Source of the DNA: an uncultured Planctomycetota bacterium
GTDB lineage: Bacteria > Planctomycetota > Planctomycetia > Isosphaerales > Isosphaeraceae
Assembly: GCA_963823665.1 (NCBI GenBank)
Contig: CAWGMQ010000008.1
Coordinates: 448,001-512,000 of the forward strand
Direction of reading: 5' to 3'
Length of the DNA: 64,000 nucleotides
Below the pieces are notes generated by a model. It was given only the letters and a program-made list of their open reading frames with translations, searched no databases and was not told the DNA's origin. This document shows, piece after piece, positions 53,900-64,000 of the stretch; the stretch's first letter is position 1, and each line of letters opens with the position of its first letter. Position numbers and translations under genes: made by a program.

Positions 53900-54988
53900 T
53901 CAGCGTGACTCGAACGTTCTTTTCGGGCCGCTCTCACCGAGCTGTATGGTGAACTTCGTGCCGTCGGGCGTCACTTGCACGCGAATCAGCTCTCCGCCTG
54001 CGGTGTCTTTGTTGGCGATCAAATCGGCTGCGGCGTTCTCGTCGGCACTTGTCGCGGCGTTCTTGTGAAGCTGGTAGGCCGCCTGGATCGAGGGAATCGA
54101 TTTGAGCAGTTTCACCGTCGCGGGCGAGCCTCCCTTCTTCGGGCCGTTGTTCATGATCGCGACTGTGGGCGCCACAGTCCGCACCAGGGTGGGATGATTG
54201 GAAATGTCCATTCCGTGATGCGTTACCTGATAGAGATCGACCGGGCCGATCAGGTCGATCGGGCACACCAGTCTCTTCTCGACGTTCCAGGTCAGGTCGC
54301 CGGCGTCGAAAAACTCGAACCGGCCCAGAGAGAACAGGATCGCCAGACTGCGGGCGTTATCCGAGGTATCGACGGGCGCATCCGGCGGCGATGTATCGCA
54401 CAACGGGTTGGCGGCCTCGATCGCCGCACCGCCACGGAACCGGCTCGCGGCCTCGCGAGGGGCGAGAATGCCGCCGGATGCGAGGACCAGGGCCTTGAGC
54501 CCCTTGAATGGGAGCGTATCACCGGCTTTCAGGCTGCGGCGCTTGCCCGCGCTCGCCTTGCGATAGGCCTTGCCCAGGGGATCGCCGGCGGAGGGACCAT
54601 CGGGAAACTCACCCCGGGCATCCGGGTCCTCGGGCAGTCCGCGGTCCCAGAACCGGTCAATCCGCACAAGGCTGTCGAGCCCCGCGACTCCGCCGTAGTG
54701 GTCCATGTGCCAGTGCGTGGTGATGAGGTGATCGAGGTGGTCGCATCCTGCCAGGTCCTTGAGGGCGTGGATGATTCGCTTGGGATCACGGTCTCCCAGG
54801 CCAGGCCATCCTGAGTCGACCAGGATCGACTCGCGGTCGGGAGTGACGATCAGTGTCGCCGCGCCTCCCTGCACGTCGATGAAGAAGATCTCCAGACCAC
54901 GCCCCTCCTGCGAGCCGCCCGCCCGCAGGCTGTTTCCCAATCCCAACAGGATGACGACAAAAAGCAACACTTGTTTGCTCAGGCGCAT
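53900..54988 (-). CDS. Secreted MBL-fold (ComEC/Rec2-like) hydrolase
   Basis: Signal peptide, IDVQGGAATL, THWHMDHYGG, GDLTWN, VTHHG. Confidence 0.85.
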   Translation of the reverse strand: MRLSKQVLLFVVILLGLGNSLRAGGSQEGRGLEIFFIDVQGGAATLIVTPDRESILVDSGWPGLGDRDPKRIIHALKDLAGCDHLDHLITTHWHMDHYGGVAGLDSLVRIDRFWDRGLPEDPDARGEFPDGPSAGDPLGKAYRKASAGKRRSLKAGDTLPFKGLKALVLASGGILAPREAASRFRGGAAIEAANPLCDTSPPDAPVDTSDNARSLAILFSLGRFEFFDAGDLTWNVEKRLVCPIDLIGPVDLYQVTHHGMDISNHPTLVRTVAPTVAIMNNGPKKGGSPATVKLLKSIPSIQAAYQLHKNAATSADENAAADLIANKDTAGGELIRVQVTPDGTKFTIQLGESGPKRTFESR

Positions 54989-55104
54989 GTTGACCAGCTC
55001 CTCGTCTCGGAAAAGAGACCAATTACCGCGGAATGTCCTAGTTTGCTTCATGAACGGCCGTTTTTTCCGGGAATACTCGAGAACTCGAAGTCCCGTGATT
55101 AGCA

Positions 55105-55120
55105 TGGCATAGAGAATGCA
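55105..55120 (+). promoter_or_regulatory. Possible sigma54 promoter
   Basis: TGGCATAGAGAATGCA with GG-N10-GC spacing in an AT-rich divergent intergenic region. Confidence 0.4.
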
Positions 55121-55423
55121 CTTGAGAAGTTCTAGAGAATGGAACTGAGAAGTTACAAGAAAGGGAGGGTTCCCGGAAACAGAATATTGTGTATAATGGT
55201 TTTTGATTATAGATGGGATCCGGCGGACAAATCGCTTAAAGACTGCCGGAACATTGTCGTGCGTTGTGTGATTTTTCGTTTTTCATCTGTACGACAAGAC
55301 TACTTGCGGGTCTACTTACGCGCTAGCAGCGACGGCAGGCGGGTCACGCCGTCGCGCAATCCTCTTCGCATCCCTGTTGGAATGCATGGATCAGCGCTCC
55401 TCGAGCACAGGGAGATTGAGCAC

Positions 55424-55897
55424 ATGTCAACTATTCCAATTCTTGCGATCACGAATGACGAGACGTTACTGGGTTCGCTCCGGTCGACGGTTCGCGACGA
55501 GCTCGGCCAGAAAGGCCGGATCGTTGTCGCCGCGTCGATCGATCTAGCGTGCCCCCTTTTGAGAACAGCTCGCCCGCGACTCATTGTGGTCCATTTCACG
55601 GGAGAGAGTGCACGGTACGAACAACTCGACCAACTGCTATGGGCCACGTCGGTCGTCTCGCGGCCGACGCCCATCGTGGTGATCGCCGAGCGATATCGTA
55701 TCGATCAGGCAACCATGATGTATCGCATGGGCGTATCCGAGTACATCAGTCGGAAGCATCATCTGGACGGGCTTGCCGGCGTCCTGGCCGCTTACCTGCG
55801 TCCGGCGACGGTTCACGCGGGACTGGACGACGGGAGTGCTAGTGGTGCCTGGGCGGGCCGTAACGGCGCCTTGGCACCAGCCGCACGGGTTGTCTGA
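55424..55897 (+). CDS. Divergent receiver-like (CheY-fold) protein
   Basis: ILAITND...RPRLIVVH...PTPIVVIA....QAT.MYRMGVSEYIS; GGAG upstream. Confidence 0.55.
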   Translation: MSTIPILAITNDETLLGSLRSTVRDELGQKGRIVVAASIDLACPLLRTARPRLIVVHFTGESARYEQLDQLLWATSVVSRPTPIVVIAERYRIDQATMMYRMGVSEYISRKHHLDGLAGVLAAYLRPATVHAGLDDGSASGAWAGRNGALAPAARVV

Positions 55898-55955
55898 GAG
55901 ACTGAGGAACGAGTCGGAAACAACTTCCGCTGATTTACGTCAAGCACGCGGCGGG

Positions 55956-55997
55956 GCGGCACGAATACCGTTCCGACGCAGAGCGTCGGAACGAGGG
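55956..55997. repeat. REP-like hairpin (second copy 61014-61056)
   Basis: CGTTCCGACGC-AGA-GCGTCGGAACG; copy CGATCCGACGCACAGCGTCGGAACGAGGG. Confidence 0.75.
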
Positions 55998-56021
55998 TTT
56001 TCGTTAATGCCCGCCGGTTGT

Positions 56022-59000
56022 TTACTGGCGCTCGGCTCCGGTTGTCGTGGTCGTCGTCGGGGAGGATACTCCTGCGCCGGAGAGCTTGGTGGGCGCTTCG
56101 TCGATGCCGAGACGTGCGCGGCCGGCTCGGACCTCATCCAGCCTGTGGCGGAACTTGGCGTAAAGCTGGGTGTGGCGGCTCTCGGGGCGTACGGGTTCAC
56201 CATCGATGAAGAGGGCGAGCACGGGCGTTGTCGGCTCGAGCAGGTGGCCGGCTGTCACGACGACGTTGGCTCGTTTGCCGGTTTCCAGCGACCCGACCTG
56301 GTCTGCCACCCCGAGAATCTGGGACGGCGTGACCGTGACGGCTCTCAAGGCAACATCCTCGGGCAACCCGAACGCGATGGCCGTGGCCGCCTCGAACGGG
56401 AGGTTGCGCGCGGCGGTTTCGCCGCCACCAGAGCTGCCGGCCCGAGACGTGATGGCGATCTTCACGCCGGCTGCGTGCAGCTTGGCGGGGTTGGTGTAGG
56501 GGGCGTCATACGGGTCGTAAGCATGCCGCGGCAGGTTGAGCGTGCCGGCGACCAATACCGGCACGTCGGCCTTCTTGATGGCATCGGCCACTTTCCACGC
56601 TTCGGCTCCGCCGGAGATCACGGCTTTGAGCTTCAACTCGCGGGCAAGGTCCAGCGCATCGAGGATTTCGACGGGCTGGTCGGCGTGCAGGAGCACCGGC
56701 TTCTCGCCCCGGGCAAATGGAAGCAGCGCTTCCAGGCGCAGGTCGGGGGCAGGGGGAGCATCGCCGCGCTCTCGCGACTTTTTCAGGACCGTGTCATAGG
56801 AAATCGCCCTGCGAAACAGGTCCTTGATCTTTTCGAGACGCTCGGTTCGCATCGCCGCGGCTGCATCGGCGCCTCCCCCACCTTGCCCCCCTGGACCGGG
56901 ACGCTCGATGTTGGGCCCAGGCCCCGGGCGACGGTCTTCGGGCGAGCGCGACACGTAGGCCGGGATATGGACGTTGAGTGCAACGGAATCGGCAATCACC
57001 ATCTCGCGGGGAACCCACCCGTTCAAGTCGACCATGCAGCCTTGTCCCGAGATCACGCCGCCGGTGGGCTTGATGAACGAGGTGAGAATGCCGTTGGCCC
57101 GGGTCACGGGTATGTGCTCGCTGTCGGGGTGAATCGCCGTGCTCGAGCGCAGCTCCGGCTGATACTGGGCGGAATCGCTCGAATCCTGGGTCTCTGCCAG
57201 GCTGCCGATCTCGAACAGGCCGATTGTCGAGCTGGCGTCAACCATGCCCGGCCAGACGTCCAGTCCGCTCATCTCGATGGTCTGAGCTTCGGGCGGGACG
57301 GGTGTCCCCGCGGGGCCGATCGCGGCGATCTTGCCGCCGGCGATGACCAGCGTTCCGCCCTTGATCTCGGCACCGGCCAACGGGTGCAGATTGGCACCGA
57401 CAAGCGCGAACAGGTTCTTGGGCTGTGCGGCGATTTCAACCGTCCGATTGCGCACCGATTCCGCGGCCGCGGGCATCGCCGTGTGGTTGCCCGAGCGCAC
57501 GCCCAGCCCGCCCCCTGGCTCATACCGCTGGAAGAAAACCTCGCCGTCAATCAGTGCCATCTCACAACGCGAGAAGGCGTCGAAGGGGTGGCCGTTGTAG
57601 AGGACGATGTCGGCGTCTTTGCCGGCTTCGATCGAGCCCAGCCGGCTGTCCAGTCCGAGCTGCCGCGCCGCGTTGATTGTGATCATTGCGAGCGCCTGAG
57701 CCTCGGACACACCGCCGTACTTTACCATCTTGGCGGCTTCAAGATTCAAATGGCGCATGAGCTCCGCGTCGTCGCTCTTGATACACACGCTCGCGCCGGC
57801 CTCGGTGAGGAGGGCGGCGTTGTACGGGATGGCGTCGTAGGCTTCGATCTTGTAGGCCCACCAGTCCGAAAAGGTCGACGAGCTGGCGCCGTGGGCCGCG
57901 ATCTCGGCGGCAACCTTGTAACCCTCCAGCACGTGCTGAAGCGACTGCACCCGCACGCCGTTTCGCGCCGCCGTCCGCAAAAGCATCAAGATCTCGTCGC
58001 TGCGGTAGCAGTGGCAGTGCACCTTGATCGAGCCGTCCAGGATGCCTGCCAAGGCCTCCAGCCGGAGGTCGACCCGCGGCGGCGGGCCCAGGTCTTGGGC
58101 ACGCTTCGTCTTCTGCGCTTTGCGGTACTGATCCCACTGGGCGCGATAGGCCCGGCCCTCCTCGAAGGCCCGTTCGATGACCGATTCGACACCCATCCGG
58201 GTGTTGGGAAAACGACCGCGAGACCGCGTGACGTTCTCCCCCAGCGCGAACTTCACGCCTTGCGGGCCGTCGCGGACGATCAGATCGCGCCCGGCCTTGC
58301 CATACTTCAGCTTGATCACGGCGTCCTGGCCGCCGATCGTATCCGCGGAGCCGTGCAACAAGCGTGCGGTCGTCGTTCCGCCGGCCAGGGCCCGGTAGAT
58401 CGCGATGTCGTCACCGGTGACAACGTCCTTGACCCGCACCTCGGGAACGATGGAAAGGCTTCCCTCATTCACGTTCCCCTGCACGGCGATATGCGAGTGG
58501 GTGTCGATGATGCCGGGCATGGCGACCATCCCGGCAGCGTTAATCACCTTCACGCCTTCGGGAGCCGTGAGGCCTGCACCGACGGCCTTGATCTTGCCAC
58601 CCTTGACGAGAATCGACCCGTTGGCGATTGTCCCATGCGTCACAGTCAGAATGGTGGCATCCTTGATGAACACGTCGCCGCCGGTTTGAAGGGCAGGCTT
58701 ACGGTCTTCGTCGAGCTCGACGGCCGCATCGGGAATGGGAACCGCTTCGGGTTTGGCCGGCTGTGCCTTTTGTGTCGCGGCTTTCGACTCCGCCGGTTTG
58801 TCGGTCGTGCTCCTGGCTCGATCGGCGGCAGCGGTCTGGACTGCCGCGGGTGCTGGCTGACTCGCGGCCTTCTTCTCTTGCGAACCACCGGGCTTCTTGT
58901 CGTCGGCTGTCTCGGTCTGGGCTGCTGCGGGCGCTGGCTGGCCCGCCGCCTTCTTCTCTGGCGGCCCACCGGGCTTCCTGTCGTCGGCTGTTTCGGTGTT

Positions 59001-60845
59001 GACCTCAGCCGGTCGATTCGGCATCCGGTCGCGTTTGCCGGCGCGAGTCGCGGCGGCCAATGTCGAACGATCGCTCGACTTGCCGGCTTCGGGCGCCTTC
59101 TTCTTTTCCGGGGCGCTCTTCTTGGCACTCTCGGGGGCGGATGGCTCCTGGTCCGTCACCTCGCCTCGGGGCCGACGGCCTCCGAATCCACCGCGGCCGC
59201 CGGGTCCGGTGCGGTCAGCGACGTCACCATCAGGCCCCGCGCCGTCACCACCGCCGAAGCGGCCCTGGCCCTTGGTGCGAGCGCGATCCTCGGGTTTGAT
59301 CTCGAACTTTAATCCGTCGACGAGCACGAAGCGGACTCGGGATCGCTCCTCGGAGAACGGACTGCTCATGGCAATCAAGTGTCCGAGCTTGCCCTTTTCG
59401 AGCGTGCCCAGCCGGCGGCCGACATTGCCGATTTCCGCGGCGTTCCTGGTGAGGCCGGCCAGGGCGAGGTCGGCCGACAGTCCGGCGGCAATGAGCTGCC
59501 GCACCGCGCCGGGGAACGAATCGATCCGGTCGATCCCTTCGGCAGAAAACGCGAACGGAACTCCGGCTTTCGCCAGCTCGGCTGCCGTGGCGACCTGCTT
59601 TTTCCATTCGGATTTGCGATGGGTGAGAAGCCGTAGCGGCTCGTCGCGCTCGGCTCGCGCCTTCTTCTGGTATTCTTCGTCCGTCGGAACCCTGGGCTCG
59701 ACGGGAAAGTTCAGCCGCAGCACGACGGGAACCTTCGATGCCTTGAGTCGATCCACGACCTTTCCGGCTTCGCGGCCGCCGACGATCACCGCAGTCGTCC
59801 CGAACTCTTCTGCGAGATCGAGCGCTCGGTGAATCTCGTCGCGGGTGTTTGCTTCCCACCAGACCGGCAGTTTCTTGGCCCGTGCGGCCTGAAGTACCTC
59901 GAGCGCCGGATCAACCGGAGGATGAGCGCCGCCGTGCGACTCGTAATAGGCATCGAGCTTCTTCAAGTGCTCGCTGTCGAGCATCGCCTGGCGGAGGTGC
60001 GCGATCGAGCCCATCAGCACGCGCGGATAGGGGTTCTCACCGGCCTCGCCGCCGCCAGGGCCTCCGCGGCGCCGGAATTGACCCGGACCTGGCGTCTGCC
60101 CGGGGGGGGTGCCGACCGGGGGCTGCCCGGGGGTGGGCGTGGTCACAGGACCCGGAGTAGCGGGGGTGGCGGATGAACCCGACTCGGTGGGCGGCGCCAG
60201 GTTCACGTGCAACGCGACCGGAGCGGAAACGATGACCTCGCGGCGGGGCAGGCCGCTCAGGCTGACGAGCGCGCTCTGGCCGGTCGCGATCGCACCACCG
60301 GGGGCCGACAGCATATCGGTGAAGCCCAATCGGCGCCTGGGCTCGGCCAGCGAGTCGGGAAGCTCCAGGGCACCCGCCACCGAGAATTCCGGCGTCAAGC
60401 CCCGACGATTATCGGGCGGTGTCGACGATAGAGGCGCTTCGGCCAGGTCAACCGGCCGGCCCTTGCCGGTGCCGGACCGCTCCACGCCGGCCCGCTGCCC
60501 GGCCGTCGAATAAAGGTCGATGAATCCGGGATAAACCACCAGACCCTTGCCGTCGATCGTCTCGGCGTCGTATGGAACCGTCACGTCTTTCGCCAGGCCG
60601 ACGGCCTCGATCACACCCCGCCGCACGACGACGGTGCCCGGATCGAATACCTTGCCAGGAGCGGCCACAACCTTCGCCCCCGTGATGGCATACGCGACCG
60701 GGTACAACCCGGAGCCGAGGCTCGACTGGTCGTCCCGAGCGGCTGTTGACCACGCCGCCGGAACGCTCAGGCCCACGACCGCGAGCATTCCCAACAGAAG
60801 GGCCAGGCCGCGCCAACGGATGCTCGATCGCTCTCCAGGTTTCAT
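56022..60845 (-). CDS. Secreted protein with three tandem amidohydrolase modules
   Basis: Signal peptide; YPGFID, MPGIIDTHSH, WPGMVD; GTLEKGK, GSIEAGKDAD, GSLETGKRAN. Confidence 0.88.
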   Translation of the reverse strand: MKPGERSSIRWRGLALLLGMLAVVGLSVPAAWSTAARDDQSSLGSGLYPVAYAITGAKVVAAPGKVFDPGTVVVRRGVIEAVGLAKDVTVPYDAETIDGKGLVVYPGFIDLYSTAGQRAGVERSGTGKGRPVDLAEAPLSSTPPDNRRGLTPEFSVAGALELPDSLAEPRRRLGFTDMLSAPGGAIATGQSALVSLSGLPRREVIVSAPVALHVNLAPPTESGSSATPATPGPVTTPTPGQPPVGTPPGQTPGPGQFRRRGGPGGGEAGENPYPRVLMGSIAHLRQAMLDSEHLKKLDAYYESHGGAHPPVDPALEVLQAARAKKLPVWWEANTRDEIHRALDLAEEFGTTAVIVGGREAGKVVDRLKASKVPVVLRLNFPVEPRVPTDEEYQKKARAERDEPLRLLTHRKSEWKKQVATAAELAKAGVPFAFSAEGIDRIDSFPGAVRQLIAAGLSADLALAGLTRNAAEIGNVGRRLGTLEKGKLGHLIAMSSPFSEERSRVRFVLVDGLKFEIKPEDRARTKGQGRFGGGDGAGPDGDVADRTGPGGRGGFGGRRPRGEVTDQEPSAPESAKKSAPEKKKAPEAGKSSDRSTLAAATRAGKRDRMPNRPAEVNTETADDRKPGGPPEKKAAGQPAPAAAQTETADDKKPGGSQEKKAASQPAPAAVQTAAADRARSTTDKPAESKAATQKAQPAKPEAVPIPDAAVELDEDRKPALQTGGDVFIKDATILTVTHGTIANGSILVKGGKIKAVGAGLTAPEGVKVINAAGMVAMPGIIDTHSHIAVQGNVNEGSLSIVPEVRVKDVVTGDDIAIYRALAGGTTTARLLHGSADTIGGQDAVIKLKYGKAGRDLIVRDGPQGVKFALGENVTRSRGRFPNTRMGVESVIERAFEEGRAYRAQWDQYRKAQKTKRAQDLGPPPRVDLRLEALAGILDGSIKVHCHCYRSDEILMLLRTAARNGVRVQSLQHVLEGYKVAAEIAAHGASSSTFSDWWAYKIEAYDAIPYNAALLTEAGASVCIKSDDAELMRHLNLEAAKMVKYGGVSEAQALAMITINAARQLGLDSRLGSIEAGKDADIVLYNGHPFDAFSRCEMALIDGEVFFQRYEPGGGLGVRSGNHTAMPAAAESVRNRTVEIAAQPKNLFALVGANLHPLAGAEIKGGTLVIAGGKIAAIGPAGTPVPPEAQTIEMSGLDVWPGMVDASSTIGLFEIGSLAETQDSSDSAQYQPELRSSTAIHPDSEHIPVTRANGILTSFIKPTGGVISGQGCMVDLNGWVPREMVIADSVALNVHIPAYVSRSPEDRRPGPGPNIERPGPGGQGGGGADAAAAMRTERLEKIKDLFRRAISYDTVLKKSRERGDAPPAPDLRLEALLPFARGEKPVLLHADQPVEILDALDLARELKLKAVISGGAEAWKVADAIKKADVPVLVAGTLNLPRHAYDPYDAPYTNPAKLHAAGVKIAITSRAGSSGGGETAARNLPFEAATAIAFGLPEDVALRAVTVTPSQILGVADQVGSLETGKRANVVVTAGHLLEPTTPVLALFIDGEPVRPESRHTQLYAKFRHRLDEVRAGRARLGIDEAPTKLSGAGVSSPTTTTTTGAERQ

Positions 60846-61135
60846 GGATGTGCTTCCTCGGATGGTCGTCAAGGGGGTGGACGGTGTATTTGGGGGCTCG
60901 ATGATTATAAAAGCGTCAACGCTAGAAAGCACGGACCTAGATCTCCGTGGTTCGCGTGATTCAAGAACGGTTCGGAAAGAACTTGCGCTGATTCGAGTCA
61001 AGCTCGCCGCAGAGCGGCACAAAACACCGATCCGACGCACAGCGTCGGAACGAGGGCGTTTGTTCGTTGTCGGGCGGATACCGAAATCGGGAAGTTAGTT
61101 CCGGCGTGTTGCTTGACTCACCTCTCGCAAAAGCG

Positions 61136-63970
61136 TCACGACGGTTTTGCGTTGGATTGACGCATCTCGTCGAGCAGCGATTTGAATGCGCTTTCGTTGC
61201 GGATCGGCTCGAGGTCGGTGTCAACCTCGAGGCTCGCGACGTCGGCCCACCCTTCTTCCTTCGCCTCGCGCAGGCAATCGATGGCCTTGGCGGTGTATCG
61301 CTTGACGAGATCGGCGTCGCTCCCGGCTGCGGCGGCGGCGAGAGAGTAGCCACAGGCGGCCTGGACACACAGCTCTGCATCCTTGGGCGATTTCGCCAGC
61401 AGCTCGTCAGCGATCTTCGCGGCCGCGGCATGATCACCGCAGCGGGCCCGGGCGAGCATCTCCAGCGTCTTCGCCTGCTTGGCCTTGGGCTCGACCGCTA
61501 GCGCTTGGCAAATTTTCAGGCATTCTCGGAAACCGGCGGCGGCCCCGTCTTTGTCGCCCGCGTGCAGGGCGCACGTGGCCTCGTAATAGAGGGTCTGGGC
61601 GAGGACCTGCTTGTTCTCGAAGTCAGACGGGTCGGCGGTGGCCCGTTTCTTGAAGACATCCAGGGCTTTCTGGTGGAGCTTTCGCGCACCGGCCGGGTCG
61701 CGTCCTTGCGGAAAAAGCATGGACGCATGCTGGTTGTACGACAGGCCGAGATCGTTCTGGGCCGGCCAGAGACCCGGCCGCTCGTCCGCGATCCGTTTTC
61801 GCAGTGCAACGGATTGGTCGTAGCGGCGATGGGCTTCGTCCCGCTGGCCCATCCTCAGGTGCAATGTCGCGAGCTGAGCGTAGAGACCCGCAAGCTCGCG
61901 TCGGCTGTCCAATCCGCCCTTGAGCGCTTGCGAGAAAGACTCGCGGACCTCGATCTCTTCTCGATACAGCTCGCCCGCCTCTTTGAGATGACCGAGCGTC
62001 AGCTCTGCACCTGCGAGCAGGCCCAACGAATTGGCCAGCTCACTCTTGTGAACATCATCGTCGGACTTGTCCTTCAGCAACGCCCTGCTCACCGCGAGTG
62101 CCTTGCGGAAGTACGGCTCGGCCTTCTTGGAGTCGAGCACTCGGTACATGTACGTATGCCCGACCTCGCGCTGGACCCGAAGCAACATGACCTGGAGATC
62201 CCGATTGGTGGGGTTAGCCGCGGCGAGCTTGCGGACGATTGCCTCCATTTCCTCGAGGTGCCTCATCGCGTCATCGATCTGGTTGCGCCGCAGGCTCACT
62301 TTGGCCTGCGCCTGGTGCGCCCTGGCCAGGGACAGCCAGTTGCGCTCCTCGTACTCGGAGGGCCATTCAACGACGCGGCGCAGGTCGGTCATCGCCGTCG
62401 CCGCGGCCGCGAGTCGCGCGATCGCCTTGTCGATGATGTGCTCGCGCTCATCCCGGATCGCGGGTGCGTCGCGTAAATTACCATCCAGCAGTCGAAGGAA
62501 CTCGACCTGGGCTTCCACCAGGCTTCGGTTCTGTTCGTTGGCCGCCCGCGCGGCGGCGACGGCCTCCTTTCGCTTGCCCTCGGCCGTGGTGTATGCCCTG
62601 CCAAGCGTCACGGCGGCGATCACTGAGCCGACGAGCACGATCACGAGCAGCGCCGCGACCGCGGCGCTCAAGGACGCGACCCGCTTGTTGCGGAGGCACC
62701 ACCGCCAGACCCGCTCGGTATCGGAAATCGGACGCGCCAGGATGGGTTCTCCCGCCCGGAACTTCCGCAGGTCTTGGGCCAGGGCGAGGACATCGAGATA
62801 GCGGCGTCCGATGTCTTTCTCGAGGCATTTGAGACAGATCGTTTCCAGGTCGCGGGGGATATCCGGCCGCAATTGCCGCGGAGAAACGGGCTGGGCGGAG
62901 CAGACCAGTCGCACCGTCTCGATCGGCGTATCACCCAGAAATGGCGGGCGGCCCGTGAGCGCTTCGTAGAGGATGGCCCCCAAGGCATAGATGTCGGCAG
63001 CGGGACCGACATCCTTCGAATGGCCCGCCGCCTGCTCCGGCGCCATGTAACTGGGCGTTCCGACGACCTGACCGGACTCGGTGCGTCCCGAATCACTCTC
63101 GAGCAACTTCGCCAGGCCAAAGTCGGCGACCTTGGGAACACCGGCGGCGGTGAGGAGGATGTTGCTGGGCTTCAGGTCTCGGTGCACGATGCCGGCTTTA
63201 TGGGCTGCATGAACGGCGGAGGAAAGGGTCTCCAGGAGCTCGGCGGCGTCGCGTGGGGACATTGGCTTTTCGGCGAGACGCTTCTTGAGATCCAGACCAT
63301 CGACGAACTCGAGCGCGAAGTAGGGCCGTCCTTCGTGCTCGCCGATCTCATGCACGGTCACGATGTTCGGATGCTGAAGCCGGGCCGCCACCCGCGCTTC
63401 GTCCAGGAACCTGCCTAGCTGGTTCGGCCCCGCGGCCTCGACATCGGTGATGGTCTTGATCGCGACAACGCGACCGAGTCTCGTGTCCCACGCCTTGTAC
63501 ACCACTCCCATTCCGCCCCGCCCAATCACGGCGAGGAGATCGTATCCGGGGAAGATGCGGGGCAAGACGGTCTGAGGGGCTCCAACGCCGTCGGTGACGG
63601 AGGACGAGCCGCCCCGATGGGTCTGCGAAGTGCCATCGCCCGAATTCCTGGGCAGTTCTTGCGTCTCCTCGGAAAGCTGCATCATCTGATCAACGGCAAA
63701 CTGCCGGGTCAAATGATCCGAGAGGAAGGGAAATCGACGGATGTACTCTTCAAGCTTGGGCCGCTCTCCCAACCCTCGTCGCAGGAGGAGCTCCTGGTAG
63801 ATCACGTCCAGGGCTGCATCGGGCGCATCGTGGAGAGCCGGAAATCGCTCGAGAAACTCCTCGGCGAGCGGGCGCTCGCCGCGGCCCCAGCACGCACTCT
63901 GCTGGTCGAGAACATCTTCCAGAGTGGACCGGCGTTGCCGAATCTGCCCAACGTTCGTATCCATGAGCAT
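61136..63970 (-). CDS. Ser/Thr protein kinase with TM and TPR-like repeats
   Basis: IGRGGMGVVY, HRDLKPSN, DFG, YMAPE; helical repeats in the C-terminal half. Confidence 0.93.
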   Translation of the reverse strand: MLMDTNVGQIRQRRSTLEDVLDQQSACWGRGERPLAEEFLERFPALHDAPDAALDVIYQELLLRRGLGERPKLEEYIRRFPFLSDHLTRQFAVDQMMQLSEETQELPRNSGDGTSQTHRGGSSSVTDGVGAPQTVLPRIFPGYDLLAVIGRGGMGVVYKAWDTRLGRVVAIKTITDVEAAGPNQLGRFLDEARVAARLQHPNIVTVHEIGEHEGRPYFALEFVDGLDLKKRLAEKPMSPRDAAELLETLSSAVHAAHKAGIVHRDLKPSNILLTAAGVPKVADFGLAKLLESDSGRTESGQVVGTPSYMAPEQAAGHSKDVGPAADIYALGAILYEALTGRPPFLGDTPIETVRLVCSAQPVSPRQLRPDIPRDLETICLKCLEKDIGRRYLDVLALAQDLRKFRAGEPILARPISDTERVWRWCLRNKRVASLSAAVAALLVIVLVGSVIAAVTLGRAYTTAEGKRKEAVAAARAANEQNRSLVEAQVEFLRLLDGNLRDAPAIRDEREHIIDKAIARLAAAATAMTDLRRVVEWPSEYEERNWLSLARAHQAQAKVSLRRNQIDDAMRHLEEMEAIVRKLAAANPTNRDLQVMLLRVQREVGHTYMYRVLDSKKAEPYFRKALAVSRALLKDKSDDDVHKSELANSLGLLAGAELTLGHLKEAGELYREEIEVRESFSQALKGGLDSRRELAGLYAQLATLHLRMGQRDEAHRRYDQSVALRKRIADERPGLWPAQNDLGLSYNQHASMLFPQGRDPAGARKLHQKALDVFKKRATADPSDFENKQVLAQTLYYEATCALHAGDKDGAAAGFRECLKICQALAVEPKAKQAKTLEMLARARCGDHAAAAKIADELLAKSPKDAELCVQAACGYSLAAAAAGSDADLVKRYTAKAIDCLREAKEEGWADVASLEVDTDLEPIRNESAFKSLLDEMRQSNAKPS

Positions 63971-64000
63971 CCCTCCGGGGACGCGGGGCCTGTTCGATCA

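Noticed and set aside
55773..59312. 1179-aa plus-strand ORF
   Set aside because: Antisense shadow of the amidohydrolase gene with no motifs; expected in GC-rich DNA. The same applies to 11958-13358, 25099-26334, 33135-34268, 8336-9556 and 40794-42044.

Overview
GC-rich bacterial DNA, very probably a planctomycete of the Isosphaeraceae type (LE.R.LL/M extracellular signal motifs, a PEP-CTERM protein, a PSCyt/PSD1 plus DUF1501 pair, TPR Ser/Thr kinases). The window has four parts. (1) 1-9.6 kb: five secreted or surface proteins. (2) 9.8-17.3 kb: a signalling block with an ECF sigma/anti-sigma pair, DoxX, a Ser/Thr kinase, a GAF-PAS sigma54 activator, STAS and a second ECF sigma, with promoter motifs readable in the DNA. 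(3) 17.8-40.8 kb: a decayed defence island. It holds a degenerate tRNA-Val 3' fragment (att-like), three TA modules, BREX-like and DUF262/YhcG remnants, an ORF-less truncated group II intron, and an apparently complete operon of PLD-like/SNF2 helicase, DUF4391, type III Mod, RhuM fragment, YhcG nuclease, type III Res and OLD nuclease. (4) 41-64 kb: core-like genes (PSD1/DUF1501, CPBP protease, methyltransferase, tyrS, Gfo/Idh/MocA, lipid A acyltransferase, MBL hydrolase, a triple amidohydrolase, a kinase) with REP-like repeats between them. Many 1-nt frameshifts, including in tyrS, look like long-read errors, so frameshift-based pseudogene calls are unreliable. All family assignments come from motif recognition by eye; no searches were run.
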